This document shows positions 25,348 to 36,100 of a stretch of 64,000 nt of DNA, piece after piece. How positions within the stretch are numbered: the stretch's first letter is position 1; each line of letters starts with the position of its first letter. The translations under genes and the position numbers were made by a program. Under the pieces are notes generated by a model, which was not told where the DNA came from, ran no database searches, and saw only the letters and a list, made by a program, of their open reading frames with translations. Location of the stretch: contig CAWFFU010000012.1 in NCBI GenBank assembly GCA_963815215.1, positions 64,001 to 128,000 on the forward strand. The letters are read 5' to 3'. Origin of the DNA: an uncultured Trueperaceae bacterium. Lineage in GTDB: Bacteria; Deinococcota; Deinococci; Deinococcales; Trueperaceae.

Positions 25348-27188
25348 CGTGCCTCCCCTGGCACGTCGGGCCGGACGAGGGCGAGGCCGTGCACCCTGCG
25401 CTCCCCGGCCACGGCCGCGCCGGCGTCGAGGAGGTCGTGGCCGGGCGGCAGCAAGATGGTGGCCGGCTCAGGGGCCGCGAACACCCACACTTCGTCCTCC
25501 TGGTAACGACGGCGGTAGGCGAGCACCTGCGGCGGGTAGGCCGGGCCGCCCGTGGCGGGGTCGGCGCTGGGCAGAGGCGCCAGCCCGCCACGGCGCAGAG
25601 CCGCCGTCGAGTGGCGAAGGCCTATGAGCAGGCGCAGGTGGTCGCGTAGCTCGAAGTCCCACGAGGACCGGTCCCAGGGGAAGGTGGCGCGGCACAAGGG
25701 GTCGCCGCGGAAGTCGTCGTAGCTGTTGGCCTGGTCGAGGCCGATCTCGTCGCCGTAATACACGCTGGGGCTGCCGGGGAAGGTCAGTAGCACGCCGTAC
25801 GCCAGCTTGAGGCGTTCGCGGTCGCCGCGCAGGCGCCACAGCGCGCGCGGGACGTCATGCGAGGAGAGGAGCGTGAGCATGGTCTGGCGCACGCCCAGTG
25901 GCAGGGCGGCGTAGTGATCCCACAGAGCGTGCCAGGCGTCGGTCGCCGTGACCTCGACGGGAGCGCCGTACACGTCGTTGCCGCACAGCCACTCCATGAC
26001 CGGGTGGGTGAAGCCGGCGTAGTGCATGGACCCGTCCAGGGTGTGGCTACGCAGGGTCGGGACGGTGTCGAACGACAGCTCGCCGAAGACCCAGGCCTCG
26101 TCGTTCTCCTCGCGGGCCACGCGGTGGATGGTACGCAGCAGCGCGGCGTTGGCGCGCGCCGTGCCCCCCTCACCGATCTGGTGCGCGACGTCCAGGCGCC
26201 AGCCGTCGATGCCGCGGCGGAGCCAGTGCCGGACCGGGGCGTGGGCGCCCTCCAGGAAGCGTTCCCGCGCCAGCGGCGAGGCGTAGTCGATCTTGGGCAG
26301 GGTGTGTACGTCGTAGAACGCGGCGTAGTCGCCGCCGGGGCGGAACGTGAACATCTCCCGTTGCGGTGCCGCCGGGTCGGCGAGCGCGGCGCGGAAGTCG
26401 GCGTGCCGGTGGCCCGTGTGGTTGAACACGCCGTCGAGCACCAGCCGCATCCCGCGTCCGTGGAGCCCCCGTACCAGCGCGTCCAGGGCGGCGTCGCCGC
26501 CCAGGTGCGGGTCGACGCGGAGGTAGTCGACGGTGTCGTAACGGTGGCTGGAATCCGCCTGGAAGATGGGCGTCAGGTAGAGGACCTCGATGCCGAGGTG
26601 CTGCAGGTCGTCGAGGGCGTCGACGATGCCCCACAGGTCGCCACCGTAGATCTCGAGCTGACCCTGGCGCGGATCGGGCGGCTCGCCCCACGTCCTGGCG
26701 ACGATCGGACGGCCGTCGAAGGTCCAGGTGCCGCTCGCCGGCGCGGGCTCGGAGCTGCCCCTGCGGAACCGGTCGGGGAAGATCTGGTAGACGGTCGCGC
26801 CGACCGCCCACTCCGGCACGGTGGGCTGCGCAGGGAGGTGGAAGAAGCGGTCGTAGCGGGGGAGCACGGGCTCGAGCCCGTGGCTGCCTAGGTAGCCGTG
26901 CGGAAGACGGAAGACGTAGCGCAGCGGGGACGCATGCAGCCCCACGCTCGCCTCGAGGCCGCCATCGACCCCGCGCAAGGGCAGCCGCACCAGCTCGCCG
27001 TGGCGCTCGAGCACGAGCCATCCGCTGGACTCGCGCGTTCGCACTCGCAGCTGGACCGCGCCCCCCAGCTCGGGCCGCAACGGCTCGACGCAGAAGGGCT
27101 CCCAGTCGTGGTACGCGCCGGCGTCGTGCGCTTCGGGAGCGACGGTCGCGTGCCGGTCCGTGCGCGCGCGCGCCCGAGAACCGCTCAC
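25344..27188 (-). CDS. GH13 maltodextrin glucosidase/cyclomaltodextrinase-like enzyme
   Basis: GTG 27188 overlaps the malG stop; YQIFPDRF, HRYD, DGVFNH, DGWRLDVA, SSHD, YYGDEIG. Confidence 0.88.
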   Translation of the reverse strand: MSGSRARARTDRHATVAPEAHDAGAYHDWEPFCVEPLRPELGGAVQLRVRTRESSGWLVLERHGELVRLPLRGVDGGLEASVGLHASPLRYVFRLPHGYLGSHGLEPVLPRYDRFFHLPAQPTVPEWAVGATVYQIFPDRFRRGSSEPAPASGTWTFDGRPIVARTWGEPPDPRQGQLEIYGGDLWGIVDALDDLQHLGIEVLYLTPIFQADSSHRYDTVDYLRVDPHLGGDAALDALVRGLHGRGMRLVLDGVFNHTGHRHADFRAALADPAAPQREMFTFRPGGDYAAFYDVHTLPKIDYASPLARERFLEGAHAPVRHWLRRGIDGWRLDVAHQIGEGGTARANAALLRTIHRVAREENDEAWVFGELSFDTVPTLRSHTLDGSMHYAGFTHPVMEWLCGNDVYGAPVEVTATDAWHALWDHYAALPLGVRQTMLTLLSSHDVPRALWRLRGDRERLKLAYGVLLTFPGSPSVYYGDEIGLDQANSYDDFRGDPLCRATFPWDRSSWDFELRDHLRLLIGLRHSTAALRRGGLAPLPSADPATGGPAYPPQVLAYRRRYQEDEVWVFAAPEPATILLPPGHDLLDAGAAVAGERRVHGLALVRPDVPGEAR

Positions 27189-28501
27189 TCCTTGACCGCC
27201 CCCGCCGTGTAGCCCGACACGAAGTAGCGTTGGAAGCCGTAGAAGACCGCCAGGATGGGGAGCGACCCGAGCACGCTGGCCGCCGCGAACACCCCCCAAC
27301 GGGTGCTGAAGCTGCCGGTGGTGAAGTTGTACAGCCCGATGCCGACCGTCCACGACTTGACGCCGGTCAGCACCAGGCTGGCCAGCACGAACTCGGAGTA
27401 GGTGCCTACGAACTGCAACAGGAAGATGAAGACGAACATCGGCGCGGACAGGGGCAGCAGCACGCGCAGGAAGGCCTGCAAGCGGGAAGCACCGTCGATC
27501 ATGGCCGCCTCCTCCAGGCTCGGGCTCAGCGATTCGACGTACCCCTTGAACACCCAGGTGCCGAAGCTGATCACGCCCCCGGAGTAGGCCAGCAGCAGCC
27601 CGGTGAAGGTGTTGATCAGGTCGAGGGTGCTGAGCAGGTAGTAGATGGCGATGAGGGCGAGGAAGCCGGGAAACATCTGGATGAACACGAACACCATCAA
27701 CATGCCGTAGCGGCCCGGGAAGCGGAAGCGCGCGAAGGCGTAGCCGGCCGAGGCGGTCAGCACCACCGCCAGCATGCCGGTGGCCCCCGACAGCAGCAGC
27801 GTGTTCCTGGCCCACAGCACGAAGTGCGACTCGGTGCTCATGCCCGTGAACTGCGATGGCGACAACGCCATCAACCCTCCGAAGAGCAGCACGGCGAAGG
27901 TGAGCAGGGTACGGTTCTGCCAGCGCTCGAGGCGGTGCGCGCCGGGGGTCCAACGCCGGCCCACGCCGAGGGCCAGCGCGCCGATCAGCAGCGCCGCCAG
28001 CACCGCGATCAGGACCCACTGCCAGGCGGGCACGACCACGCCCTCGACCAGCTTGGCGTAGTTCTCCAGGCTGGCCTGCGACAGGTCGGGCAGGACCTTG
28101 GCCCGGACGAGCAGGTTGCTGCTCTTGATCTGGCGGAAGCTGAACAGGTTGTTGCGGGGGTCGAAGGAAGCGCCGACGACCTGCAGCACCGGGTAGTACA
28201 CGACCGCGATGAGGATCCACAACCCAAGGTGCGTCACGCTCTGGCGGAACAGCGGCCACGCGGTGCGGGTCCGTCCGCGCGCGCGGTTGGCGAGGGCGGT
28301 GTAGATCAGGCTGTAGGCCAGCAACGCCACCACTGCGCCGGCCAGCGACAGCGTGACGGTGAGCCAGCCGTTGGCGATGAAGACGCTTCCGAACGCCTTG
28401 CTGTGCGGCACGCTCGCCACCATCGAGCGGAACAGGAGCGTCCCGTAGACGAGCACGGCGAGGCCGATCAGCCAGCCGACGGCGCTGCGCGCGACCCTCA
28501 T
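27185..28501 (-). CDS. malG: Maltose/maltodextrin ABC permease
   Basis: AGYAFARFRFPGR, QMFPGFLA, SLEEAAMIDGAS EAA loop. Confidence 0.88.
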   Translation of the reverse strand: MRVARSAVGWLIGLAVLVYGTLLFRSMVASVPHSKAFGSVFIANGWLTVTLSLAGAVVALLAYSLIYTALANRARGRTRTAWPLFRQSVTHLGLWILIAVVYYPVLQVVGASFDPRNNLFSFRQIKSSNLLVRAKVLPDLSQASLENYAKLVEGVVVPAWQWVLIAVLAALLIGALALGVGRRWTPGAHRLERWQNRTLLTFAVLLFGGLMALSPSQFTGMSTESHFVLWARNTLLLSGATGMLAVVLTASAGYAFARFRFPGRYGMLMVFVFIQMFPGFLALIAIYYLLSTLDLINTFTGLLLAYSGGVISFGTWVFKGYVESLSPSLEEAAMIDGASRLQAFLRVLLPLSAPMFVFIFLLQFVGTYSEFVLASLVLTGVKSWTVGIGLYNFTTGSFSTRWGVFAAASVLGSLPILAVFYGFQRYFVSGYTAGAVKE

Positions 28502-29859
28502 CGCGCCTCCTCCTTGAACGCGCCGGTGAGGTTGAAGTTGATGAGGCTGATGCCCACGGTCACCACGAAGATGATCAAGGCGATCGCCGACCCGAGCCCG
28601 TAGGCCGAGCCGCCCTCAGCGCGGAAGGCGGTCTTGTAGGCCCAGGAGATCAGGATGTCGGTGGAGTTGGCGGTCGCCATCCCGCCGGGGATCGCCGGGC
28701 CCCCCTGCGGGAGCAGCAGGTAGATCAGGTTGAAGTTGTTGAAGTTGAAAGCGAACGACGTCAGCAACACCGGAGTGAAGGCGGTCCTCACCAGCGGCAG
28801 GGTGATGCCGCGGAACGCCTGCCAGGGGCTGGCGCCGTCGATCTGCGCCGACTCGTAGAGCTCGTTGGGGATGGTCGACAGCGCTCCCAGGGTGGCGGTC
28901 ATCATGAAGGGGAAGCCCAGCCACAGGTTCACCAGGATGATGCCGAGCTTGGCCCAGCCGGTCTGCGTGAGCCAGGGGATGGAGTAGATTCCCAGCAATC
29001 CCAGCAACCGGTTGACGGCGCCGAACTGCTGGTTGAGTAGCGCGTTCCACATCTGGATGGTGATGATGTTCGGCAGCGCCCAGCTGATGATCAGGGCGGT
29101 CCGGTAGAAGTTGCGGAAGCGCAACTTGGCGTCGTTGAGCACCACGCCCAGGACCAGCCCCATCAGGGCCGTGAGGAGCACGCTGGCGGCGGCGAACACC
29201 ACGTTCCAGCGGAACACCGGCCACAGCGAGGTGGCGGCGTTCGACAGGATGTACGTGAAGTTCTTGAAGCCGATGAAGCGGTAGTTGCTGATCCTCGCGA
29301 CGTAGAGCTGACCAGGCTGGGTCGAGGGAGCGAACGCCGGGACGCGGTTCAAGGTGAGCGTCGTCGGCCCTTCGCCCGTCACCGTCTGCCGCGCCCGGTC
29401 GTTGCCCCGGTACACCTCGAGCTGGGCCCCCACGCAGCTGTCACCGCACTGCAACGCCTGGTTCGGATCGGAGGGGAAGACCAGGGTGTCGGGCGCGACG
29501 AACGTCACCGCGGTCTCGGTGGCGCGATCGGGGCGCCCGTAGTTCTTGCCGGAGAAGTTCGTGAATGCCAGCGCCATCGTCAGCACGATGGGGTAGACGG
29601 TGAAGGCGAGCAGGAAGAGGGTGGCCGGCAGCAGATAATACCAGTCGGAAAGGAACGGGAAACGTCGCCGGAACAGCGCCAGCATGGGCAGCAGCGCCAG
29701 CCCGGTGGTGAGTAGCAGAAGATAGTTCGGCAGGTCGTGAGCCCACACGCGGACGAGCCAGAACAGCAGCACGCCCACCACCACCGCCAGGCCTACTGCG
29801 GCGGTGAGGGCGGCCAGCGCGAGCAGCAGACCGCGGAATCCCGGGGGATGTCGGTGCAT
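28498..29859 (-). CDS. malF: Maltose/maltodextrin ABC permease
   Basis: AFTN, LWLGFPFMM, ELYESAQIDGA, SFAFNFNNFNLIYLL, TDILISW. Confidence 0.9.
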   Translation of the reverse strand: MHRHPPGFRGLLLALAALTAAVGLAVVVGVLLFWLVRVWAHDLPNYLLLLTTGLALLPMLALFRRRFPFLSDWYYLLPATLFLLAFTVYPIVLTMALAFTNFSGKNYGRPDRATETAVTFVAPDTLVFPSDPNQALQCGDSCVGAQLEVYRGNDRARQTVTGEGPTTLTLNRVPAFAPSTQPGQLYVARISNYRFIGFKNFTYILSNAATSLWPVFRWNVVFAAASVLLTALMGLVLGVVLNDAKLRFRNFYRTALIISWALPNIITIQMWNALLNQQFGAVNRLLGLLGIYSIPWLTQTGWAKLGIILVNLWLGFPFMMTATLGALSTIPNELYESAQIDGASPWQAFRGITLPLVRTAFTPVLLTSFAFNFNNFNLIYLLLPQGGPAIPGGMATANSTDILISWAYKTAFRAEGGSAYGLGSAIALIIFVVTVGISLINFNLTGAFKEEAR

Positions 29860-29955
29860 CGGGGTCCTCCAGAGGGGCGGGCGGCGTACGGGAAGCGCCC
29901 CCGACCGGCGATCGGCCGGGCCGGGGGCGCTCGGAGTCCGTGCGGGGCCGGCGCG

Positions 29956-31158
29956 CTACTGCGAGCCGGCGATGCCCTTCTGGATCTGCGTGACGAAGTC
30001 GCTGGCGATCTGGGTGGTGTCCGAGTCCTGCTTGGCCTCGGCGAGCTTCAGGGCGTCGGCCATCGGGCCCCAGACCTTACCCATCGCCGGCACGTTGGGC
30101 ATCGGGGTGCCCAGCGCGATGGCCTCCGAGAAGCCCTTGACCACCGGATCGGACGAGAGCTGCGCGAGGGCGGTGGTGGAGACCGGGATGCGGCCGCCGG
30201 CCTGGTTGAACGACACCTGCGACTCCGGCGTCACCAGGAACTTCGCGAAGTTGACCGCCGCTACCTTGTCCTTCGAGTAGGCGTTGACGACGACACCCTG
30301 GACGCCCACGAACGGACCCCACGGCTGCTTGGCGCCCGGAGGCGTCGGGAACGGCATGACGCCGAAGTCGAGGTTCGCCTTCTTGTAGTCGCCCAGCGCC
30401 CACGGGCCGTTGAGGATCATGGCGAGCGCGCCGTCCTTGAAGGCCCCGTCGGCCACGCCGTAGTCGACGCCGTCGGGCACCAGCCCGTAGGTGTAGCGCA
30501 GCGCCTTGATGAAGTCGAGCGCCTTGGCGCCCGCCGCGCCGCCCATCCCGATGTCGGAGGTGTTGGCGCTGCCGTCGGCGTTCTTGCCGAAGACGTAGGC
30601 CCCCTCCATGCGGAAGAACCCGTAGTTGAAGTAGGCGTCGGTCTCGTTGTAGAGGAAGCCGAAGGTGTCGCCGGTGGTGAACTTCTTGGCGATCGCCAGG
30701 AACTCGTCCCAGTTCTTGGGCGGTTGCGGCACCAGCTTCTTGTTGTAGATCAGCGCGACCGATTCGGCGCTCATGGGCATGCCGAAGAGCTTGCCCCCGT
30801 AGGTGAAGGCGTCCACCGACACCGGCTCGAGCCCGGAGATGTAGTTCTCGGTGACGTACTTGTCCAGCGGTTCGAGAACGCCGGCCACCGCCATCTCGCC
30901 CATCTGGTCCTGGGGCAGGGTGACGACCAGATCGGGTCCCTTGCCTTGCGGCGCGCCCAGGATGAACTTCTGCTTGATGTCCGCGAACGGCACCGTAACG
31001 ATGTTGACGGTGGTACCGGTCGCCTTCTGGAAGCTCTGGGCCGCACTCTGCAGCCACTGCTGCTCCGGGCCGCCGAAATGGGTCCAGACGGTGATGGTGC
31101 CTTGCGCGAAGACGAACCCGAACAAGGCGAAGAAGAGCGTGAACAGCACCTTCCTCAT
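29956..31158 (-). CDS. malE: Maltose/maltodextrin ABC substrate-binding protein
   Basis: Signal peptide; GPD, ESVALIYNKKL, NGPW, PFVGV, PMPNVPAMGKVW; RBS ggagg. Confidence 0.9.
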   Translation of the reverse strand: MRKVLFTLFFALFGFVFAQGTITVWTHFGGPEQQWLQSAAQSFQKATGTTVNIVTVPFADIKQKFILGAPQGKGPDLVVTLPQDQMGEMAVAGVLEPLDKYVTENYISGLEPVSVDAFTYGGKLFGMPMSAESVALIYNKKLVPQPPKNWDEFLAIAKKFTTGDTFGFLYNETDAYFNYGFFRMEGAYVFGKNADGSANTSDIGMGGAAGAKALDFIKALRYTYGLVPDGVDYGVADGAFKDGALAMILNGPWALGDYKKANLDFGVMPFPTPPGAKQPWGPFVGVQGVVVNAYSKDKVAAVNFAKFLVTPESQVSFNQAGGRIPVSTTALAQLSSDPVVKGFSEAIALGTPMPNVPAMGKVWGPMADALKLAEAKQDSDTTQIASDFVTQIQKGIAGSQ

Positions 31159-31195
31159 GCGGATACCTCCCCTAAGGGATCTCCTGACGAGATCC

Positions 31196-31223
31196 TGTTA
31201 TCGTTATCGCTTCAAGCATACCA
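31196..31223 (-). promoter_or_regulatory. mal operon promoter with LacI-family-like operator
   Basis: Extended -10 TGgTATGCT (31223-31215); TGTTATCGTTATCG (31196-31209) resembles TGTTAnCGnTAACA. Confidence 0.55.
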
Positions 31224-31344
31224 AGCCGCTCGTGGCGCGCCGTGAGCGGATTCGCAGCGCTCCCTGGCGCCGCGGCGCCGGCCTCCGATGGCCGGGCCGG
31301 GGCATCGCGCGACGGGTCGGACGCGGCGTACACTACCGATCGCG

Positions 31345-32232
31345 ATGGACGGTCCGAACGATGTGCGCGGCGTGATCTCGGCGGTGGGCAGCCTGACTCT
31401 GGGCGAAGCGCGGGGGATCGTGATCCGCCGCCTGCAGGCGGCCGGGATCGATAGCGCGGCGCCGGAAGCGCTGGCGCTGCTGGAGGCCGCGACCGGGCTG
31501 GAGCGTTCGGTCCTGATGCTCCGCCCCGAGCGCGAACTGCACGGCGACGAGCGGCGGCGCCTGCGCGACAGCCTGCGCCGCCGCGTGGCGCGCGAGCCGC
31601 TCCAGCACATCCTGGGCACCGCCCCCTTCTACGGGCTCGAGCTCGCCGTGGACACGACGGTGCTGGTACCGCGGCCCGAGACCGAACGTCTGGTGGAGCT
31701 GGTGCTGGAAGGGCTGCAGGGCGTGGAGCGTCCGCGCGTGCTCGATGTCGGCACGGGCAGCGGCGCCATCGCGCTGGCGCTGCGCGCCGAGCGTCCCGAC
31801 GCCGAGGTCATGGCAACCGACGTGGTCCCCGAGGCGGTGGCCCTGGCGCGCCGCAACACCGAGCGGTTGCGCCTCGACGTCAGGGTCCTTCGCTCCGACC
31901 TGCTGGCCGAGGCCGACGTCGCCGCCTTCGCGGCCGGGTGCCATGCACTGGTCGCGAACCTCCCCTACCTTCCCGAGGCGGATGCCGGCACGCTACAGCC
32001 CGAGGCCGAGCGCGATCCGGCTCTAGCCCTGTACGCCGGCCCGGACGGTCTGCGGCTGGCGCGGCGACTGCTGAGGCAGGCCTCGAGATTGCTGTCCGGC
32101 GGTGCGTTGCTGGCGCTGGAACTCGACCCGCGCAACGTGCGCGCGGCCTTTCGCGAGGCCGGCGCCTGGCGCGATGCCCGCATCGAGCGGGATCTGACGG
32201 GTCGCGAGCGGTTCCTGCTGGCGCGTCGCTGA
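31345..32232 (+). CDS. prmC: Release factor glutamine methyltransferase
   Basis: EPLQHILG, VLVPRPETE, LDVGTGSGAIA, NLPY, ALYAGPDG, DLTGRERF. Start uncertain. Confidence 0.92.
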   Translation: MDGPNDVRGVISAVGSLTLGEARGIVIRRLQAAGIDSAAPEALALLEAATGLERSVLMLRPERELHGDERRRLRDSLRRRVAREPLQHILGTAPFYGLELAVDTTVLVPRPETERLVELVLEGLQGVERPRVLDVGTGSGAIALALRAERPDAEVMATDVVPEAVALARRNTERLRLDVRVLRSDLLAEADVAAFAAGCHALVANLPYLPEADAGTLQPEAERDPALALYAGPDGLRLARRLLRQASRLLSGGALLALELDPRNVRAAFREAGAWRDARIERDLTGRERFLLARR

Positions 32233-32326
32233 CTTCGTTGATGCTGTGGGGTCGATCAGTCGATGGCCCGGGGCGTGCGGCCTCGCCGCTACGGGCCGTC
32301 GCGCCAAGGGCCGGCGCTCCAAAGGC

Positions 32327-32965
32327 CTAGTCGCTGCGCGCCGACTCGCCGCGAGTGCCGCCGCCCGCCTCCTCGCGCCGGTCCGGACGAAGCGGGGGCA
32401 GGTCCGGGAAGTCCGTGACGGCGACGACTGAACGATCGGTGTGGGGATGGCTCGGCGCACGGCGTCGTGACGCCGTCGCCTCCCCCACGCCAGACGACAG
32501 CACGCTCGCGAGCAGCAGCAGCCCGGCCCCGATGACGATGCTGGCGTCGGCAACGTTGAAGACCGCGAAATCGAAGCCCCGTACGTGGAAGTGGATGAAA
32601 TCCACCACGTAGTGCAGGCGGAAGCGGTCGATCATGTTGCCCGTCGCGCCCGCCAGCACCAACGCCAGCGCCACGCGCGTTACGGTCGACAGACGGCGCC
32701 CACTGCGCAGCAGGTAGACCGCGATCACCAGCGCCACCACCGCCGACAGGATGCCGAGCAGGAAGGTACCGTCGATGGTGAGCGGTCCGAGTTGCAGGTG
32801 GAGGTTGCGCAACATACCGAACGCGGCGCCGTTGTTGCGGATGTGCACGATATGGAAGCCGAGGCCGATGGACACCTCGCGGCTGCCCTCCGGCAGCGCC
32901 GCGACCACCCACGCCTTGCTGATCTGGTCCGCGGCGACGAGCAGGGCCGCCAGGAGCAATGCCAT
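32327..32965 (-). CDS. lspA: Lipoprotein signal peptidase II
   Basis: DQISK, NNGAAFG, GNMIDR, VVDFI, FNVAD. Confidence 0.95.
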   Translation of the reverse strand: MALLLAALLVAADQISKAWVVAALPEGSREVSIGLGFHIVHIRNNGAAFGMLRNLHLQLGPLTIDGTFLLGILSAVVALVIAVYLLRSGRRLSTVTRVALALVLAGATGNMIDRFRLHYVVDFIHFHVRGFDFAVFNVADASIVIGAGLLLLASVLSSGVGEATASRRRAPSHPHTDRSVVAVTDFPDLPPLRPDRREEAGGGTRGESARSD

Positions 32966-33164
32966 CTCGCACAGTATAGGCGGGTCGCGGCGGCCGGGAG
33001 GTTCGCCGTGGCACGCCCACCGCTGAGGGGGCGGGCGGTGTCCCGGTCCCGTCGTGGCGCCAGGGACCCGCTTCTGGAGCCTTGGTTATAGTGGGGCGCA
33101 TACGTGCAAGCGTCTGCCGGCCTGGGGTGCGGTATGCCCACGGGCCGTTGAGAGGCGGCAGAAC

Positions 33165-36100
33165 ATGCCAGCAACCCTGGAACAGGTACGCAATCGGATC
33201 CGGCGCTCCGGCAGCCAGGAAGGCCCTCTCCTGACCCGGTTCGCCGAGATCCTCTTCGGCAAGGCTGACGACGCGTTCCTGGACGAGTTCGATTCCGACA
33301 GCCTGTTCGCCATGGCGGTCGACGGCCTCCATTTCCTGGAGGGCGGTCTGCGGGACGGTCCGCGCGTGCAGGTCTTCAACCCGCGGTTCGACACCGACGG
33401 TTGGGACGCCCCCTACACCGTGATCCGTTTGCTGCTCTACGATCGACCGTTCATCGTCGATTCGGTCCGGGCCGAGCTCGGCCGGCATGGCGTGGAGCTG
33501 TTCCACTTGCTCCACCCGATGGTCACTCCGGAGCGCGACCCTTCGGGGGCGGTCGTCGGCGTCGGCGTCAAGGGGGAGCGGGAACGGCGCGAAGCGGTCG
33601 AGATGTACTTCGTGGAGCGTCTGGAGAGTGAAGAGAAGCGGGCCGATCTGGCAGCCGCCATCCGGCGCGTGCTGCAAGACGTGCTCCTGGCCACCGGCGA
33701 CTACGCGGCGATGCGCGAGCGGGCGCTGGCGATGCGCGCCTACGTAGCCGGACTGCGCCAGAAGAGCGCGCAGGGCTACCATCGTGATCGCGGCGAGGAG
33801 CTCGAGGAGTACGGCGCCTTCATGGAGTGGCTCGACGACGACAACTTCGTGTTCCTGGGCTATCGCGAGTACGACATCACCACGGTGGACGGGGTGCGCT
33901 CGCTGCAGGTCACGCCCGACAGCGGCCTGGGCATCCTACGCAAGACCGAGACCAGCGCCTACGAACAGGCGGTAGCCATCGCGGACCTCCCCGAGGGTCT
34001 GCGGGAGCGCGTCACCGGCGGCCGCGTGTTCGTGGTGACCAAGACCAACGCCGAGTCGACCGTGCACCGTCCGGCGCGCATGGACTACATCGGCATCAAG
34101 AAGCTCTCGGACAGCTGGCAGGTGCTGGGCGAGCACCGCTTCCTGGGCTTGTTCACGTCCAAGGCGCACTCCACCCCGGTCGAGCACATCCCCATCCTCC
34201 GGCGCAAGCTGCGACAGGTGCTGGAGCTCGACGACGCGCTCCCGGGGTCGCACGACTACAAGGGCATCGTGGCGGTGTTCAACACCATGCCGCGCGAGGA
34301 GCTCTTCTGGTCGGATGCCGAACAGCTCCACCGCGACATCCGCACCATCCTCGGGCTCGAGCAGGAGCGGGGTGTCCGCGTGACGCTGCGCCCGGACCCG
34401 CTGAGCAGGGGCGTGGGCGTCATGGTCATCATGCCGCGCGAGAGCTTCAACTCCGAGGTTCGCCGCACTGTGCAGCACTTCCTCGCCCGCAAGCTCGTGG
34501 CCGACCATGTCGACTACAACCTGGCGATGGGCGAGGACCAGGCGCAGGTGCGCTTCCACTTCTTCTTCACCACTTCCCTGCGTGCCGACGAGATCGACCT
34601 GAAGGGGCTGGAACGCGAGGTCGCCGACCTGGCGCGAAGCTGGCGCGACGAGCTCCGCGAGCGCCTGGTGTCCGCGCACGGCGCGCGCGAGGGCCGCAGG
34701 TTGGCGGAGCGGTACTCGGAGGCGTTCGACCAGCGCTATACCGCCGACACCGGTGCCGCCCTGGCGCTGCGCGATATCGCGAACCTCGAGCGGCTCGGTG
34801 GCGACACCGTCCTGGCCGACGTGCTCAACCCACCCGAGGAGCGCGGCGAGGATGCCGCCAGCCTGGTGCGCATCTACCACCAGGGCCACGGCATGGCGTT
34901 GTCCGACGTGCTTCCCGTGCTCGAGAACGTGGGCTTCCGGGTGATCGAGCAGGTCCCCTACATGTTCACGCTCGAAGGCGGCCAGCGCGGCATCGAGGTG
35001 TTCCGGGTGCGGGATGCCGAGGGCCGAGCGCTCGACGTGCGTCGCCATCGGCAGCGGTTGGTGGATGCCCTGGAGAGCCTGCTGTTGGGTCGCGCCGAGA
35101 ACGACCGCCTCAATCGGCTGGTGCTCAAGGCCGGGCTCACGGTCCGTCAGGTTGCGCTGCTGCGCACCTACCAGATGGACTTCGCGCAGCTCAACGCGGT
35201 CACCAGCCGCCGCTTCGTCAACGACACCCTGCTGGCGCACCCGTCCGTGGCGGCCGATCTGGTGACCTTCTTCGAGGCCCGTTTCGACCCCGCCCGCGCC
35301 GATGGTCGTGACGAGCGCATGGAGCAGGCGCGGCAGGCGGTCCTCACCGGTCTAGCCGAGGTGCGCTCGCTGCCGGAGGACCGTTCCCTTCGGGGCCTGC
35401 TCGACCTCATGGAGGCGACGGTCCGCACCAACTACTTCCTCGACAAGGACTACATCGCCTTCAAGCTCGCGTCGGGGCAGGTGGCCAGCATGCCGGACCC
35501 GCGACCGCTGTACGAGATCGCCGTGGCCGGGCTTGGCGTCGAGGGCGTGCACCTGCGCGGCGGCAAGGTAGCTCGCGGTGGCATCCGCTGGAGCGACCGA
35601 CCGGACGACTTCCGCACGGAGATCCTGGGGCTCATGAAGACGCAGATGACCAAGAACGCCGTCATCGTGCCGGTGGGCTCCAAGGGGGGCTTCGTGCTCA
35701 AGCGGGCGCCGCTGGGCCGCGATGCGCTGCGCGCCTACGTGCGCGAGCAGTACCAGGTGTTCATCAGGGGCCTGCTCGACCTGACGGACAACCGCGTCGA
35801 CGACCGCGTGGTCCACCCCGAGGGGCTCGTCATCTACGACGAGGACGACCCCTACCTGGTGGTGGCGGCCGACAAGGGCACCGCGACCTTCTCGGACCTC
35901 GCCAACGAGACCGCCGCCGAGTACGGCTACTGGCTGGGCGACGCCTTCGCCTCGGGCGGCTCGCACGGCTACGACCACAAGGTCATCGGCATCACCGCCC
36001 GCGGCGCCTGGGAGTGCGTGGCGCGTCACTTCGACGAGCTGGGACTCGACGTCTTCGAGGACGCGTTCAGCGTGGTCGGGATCGGCGACATGTCGGGCGA

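Noticed and set aside
27189..28259. Apparent 357-aa extension or fusion on the GH13 ORF
   Set aside because: Off-frame read-through of malG; GTG 27188 overlaps the malG stop.
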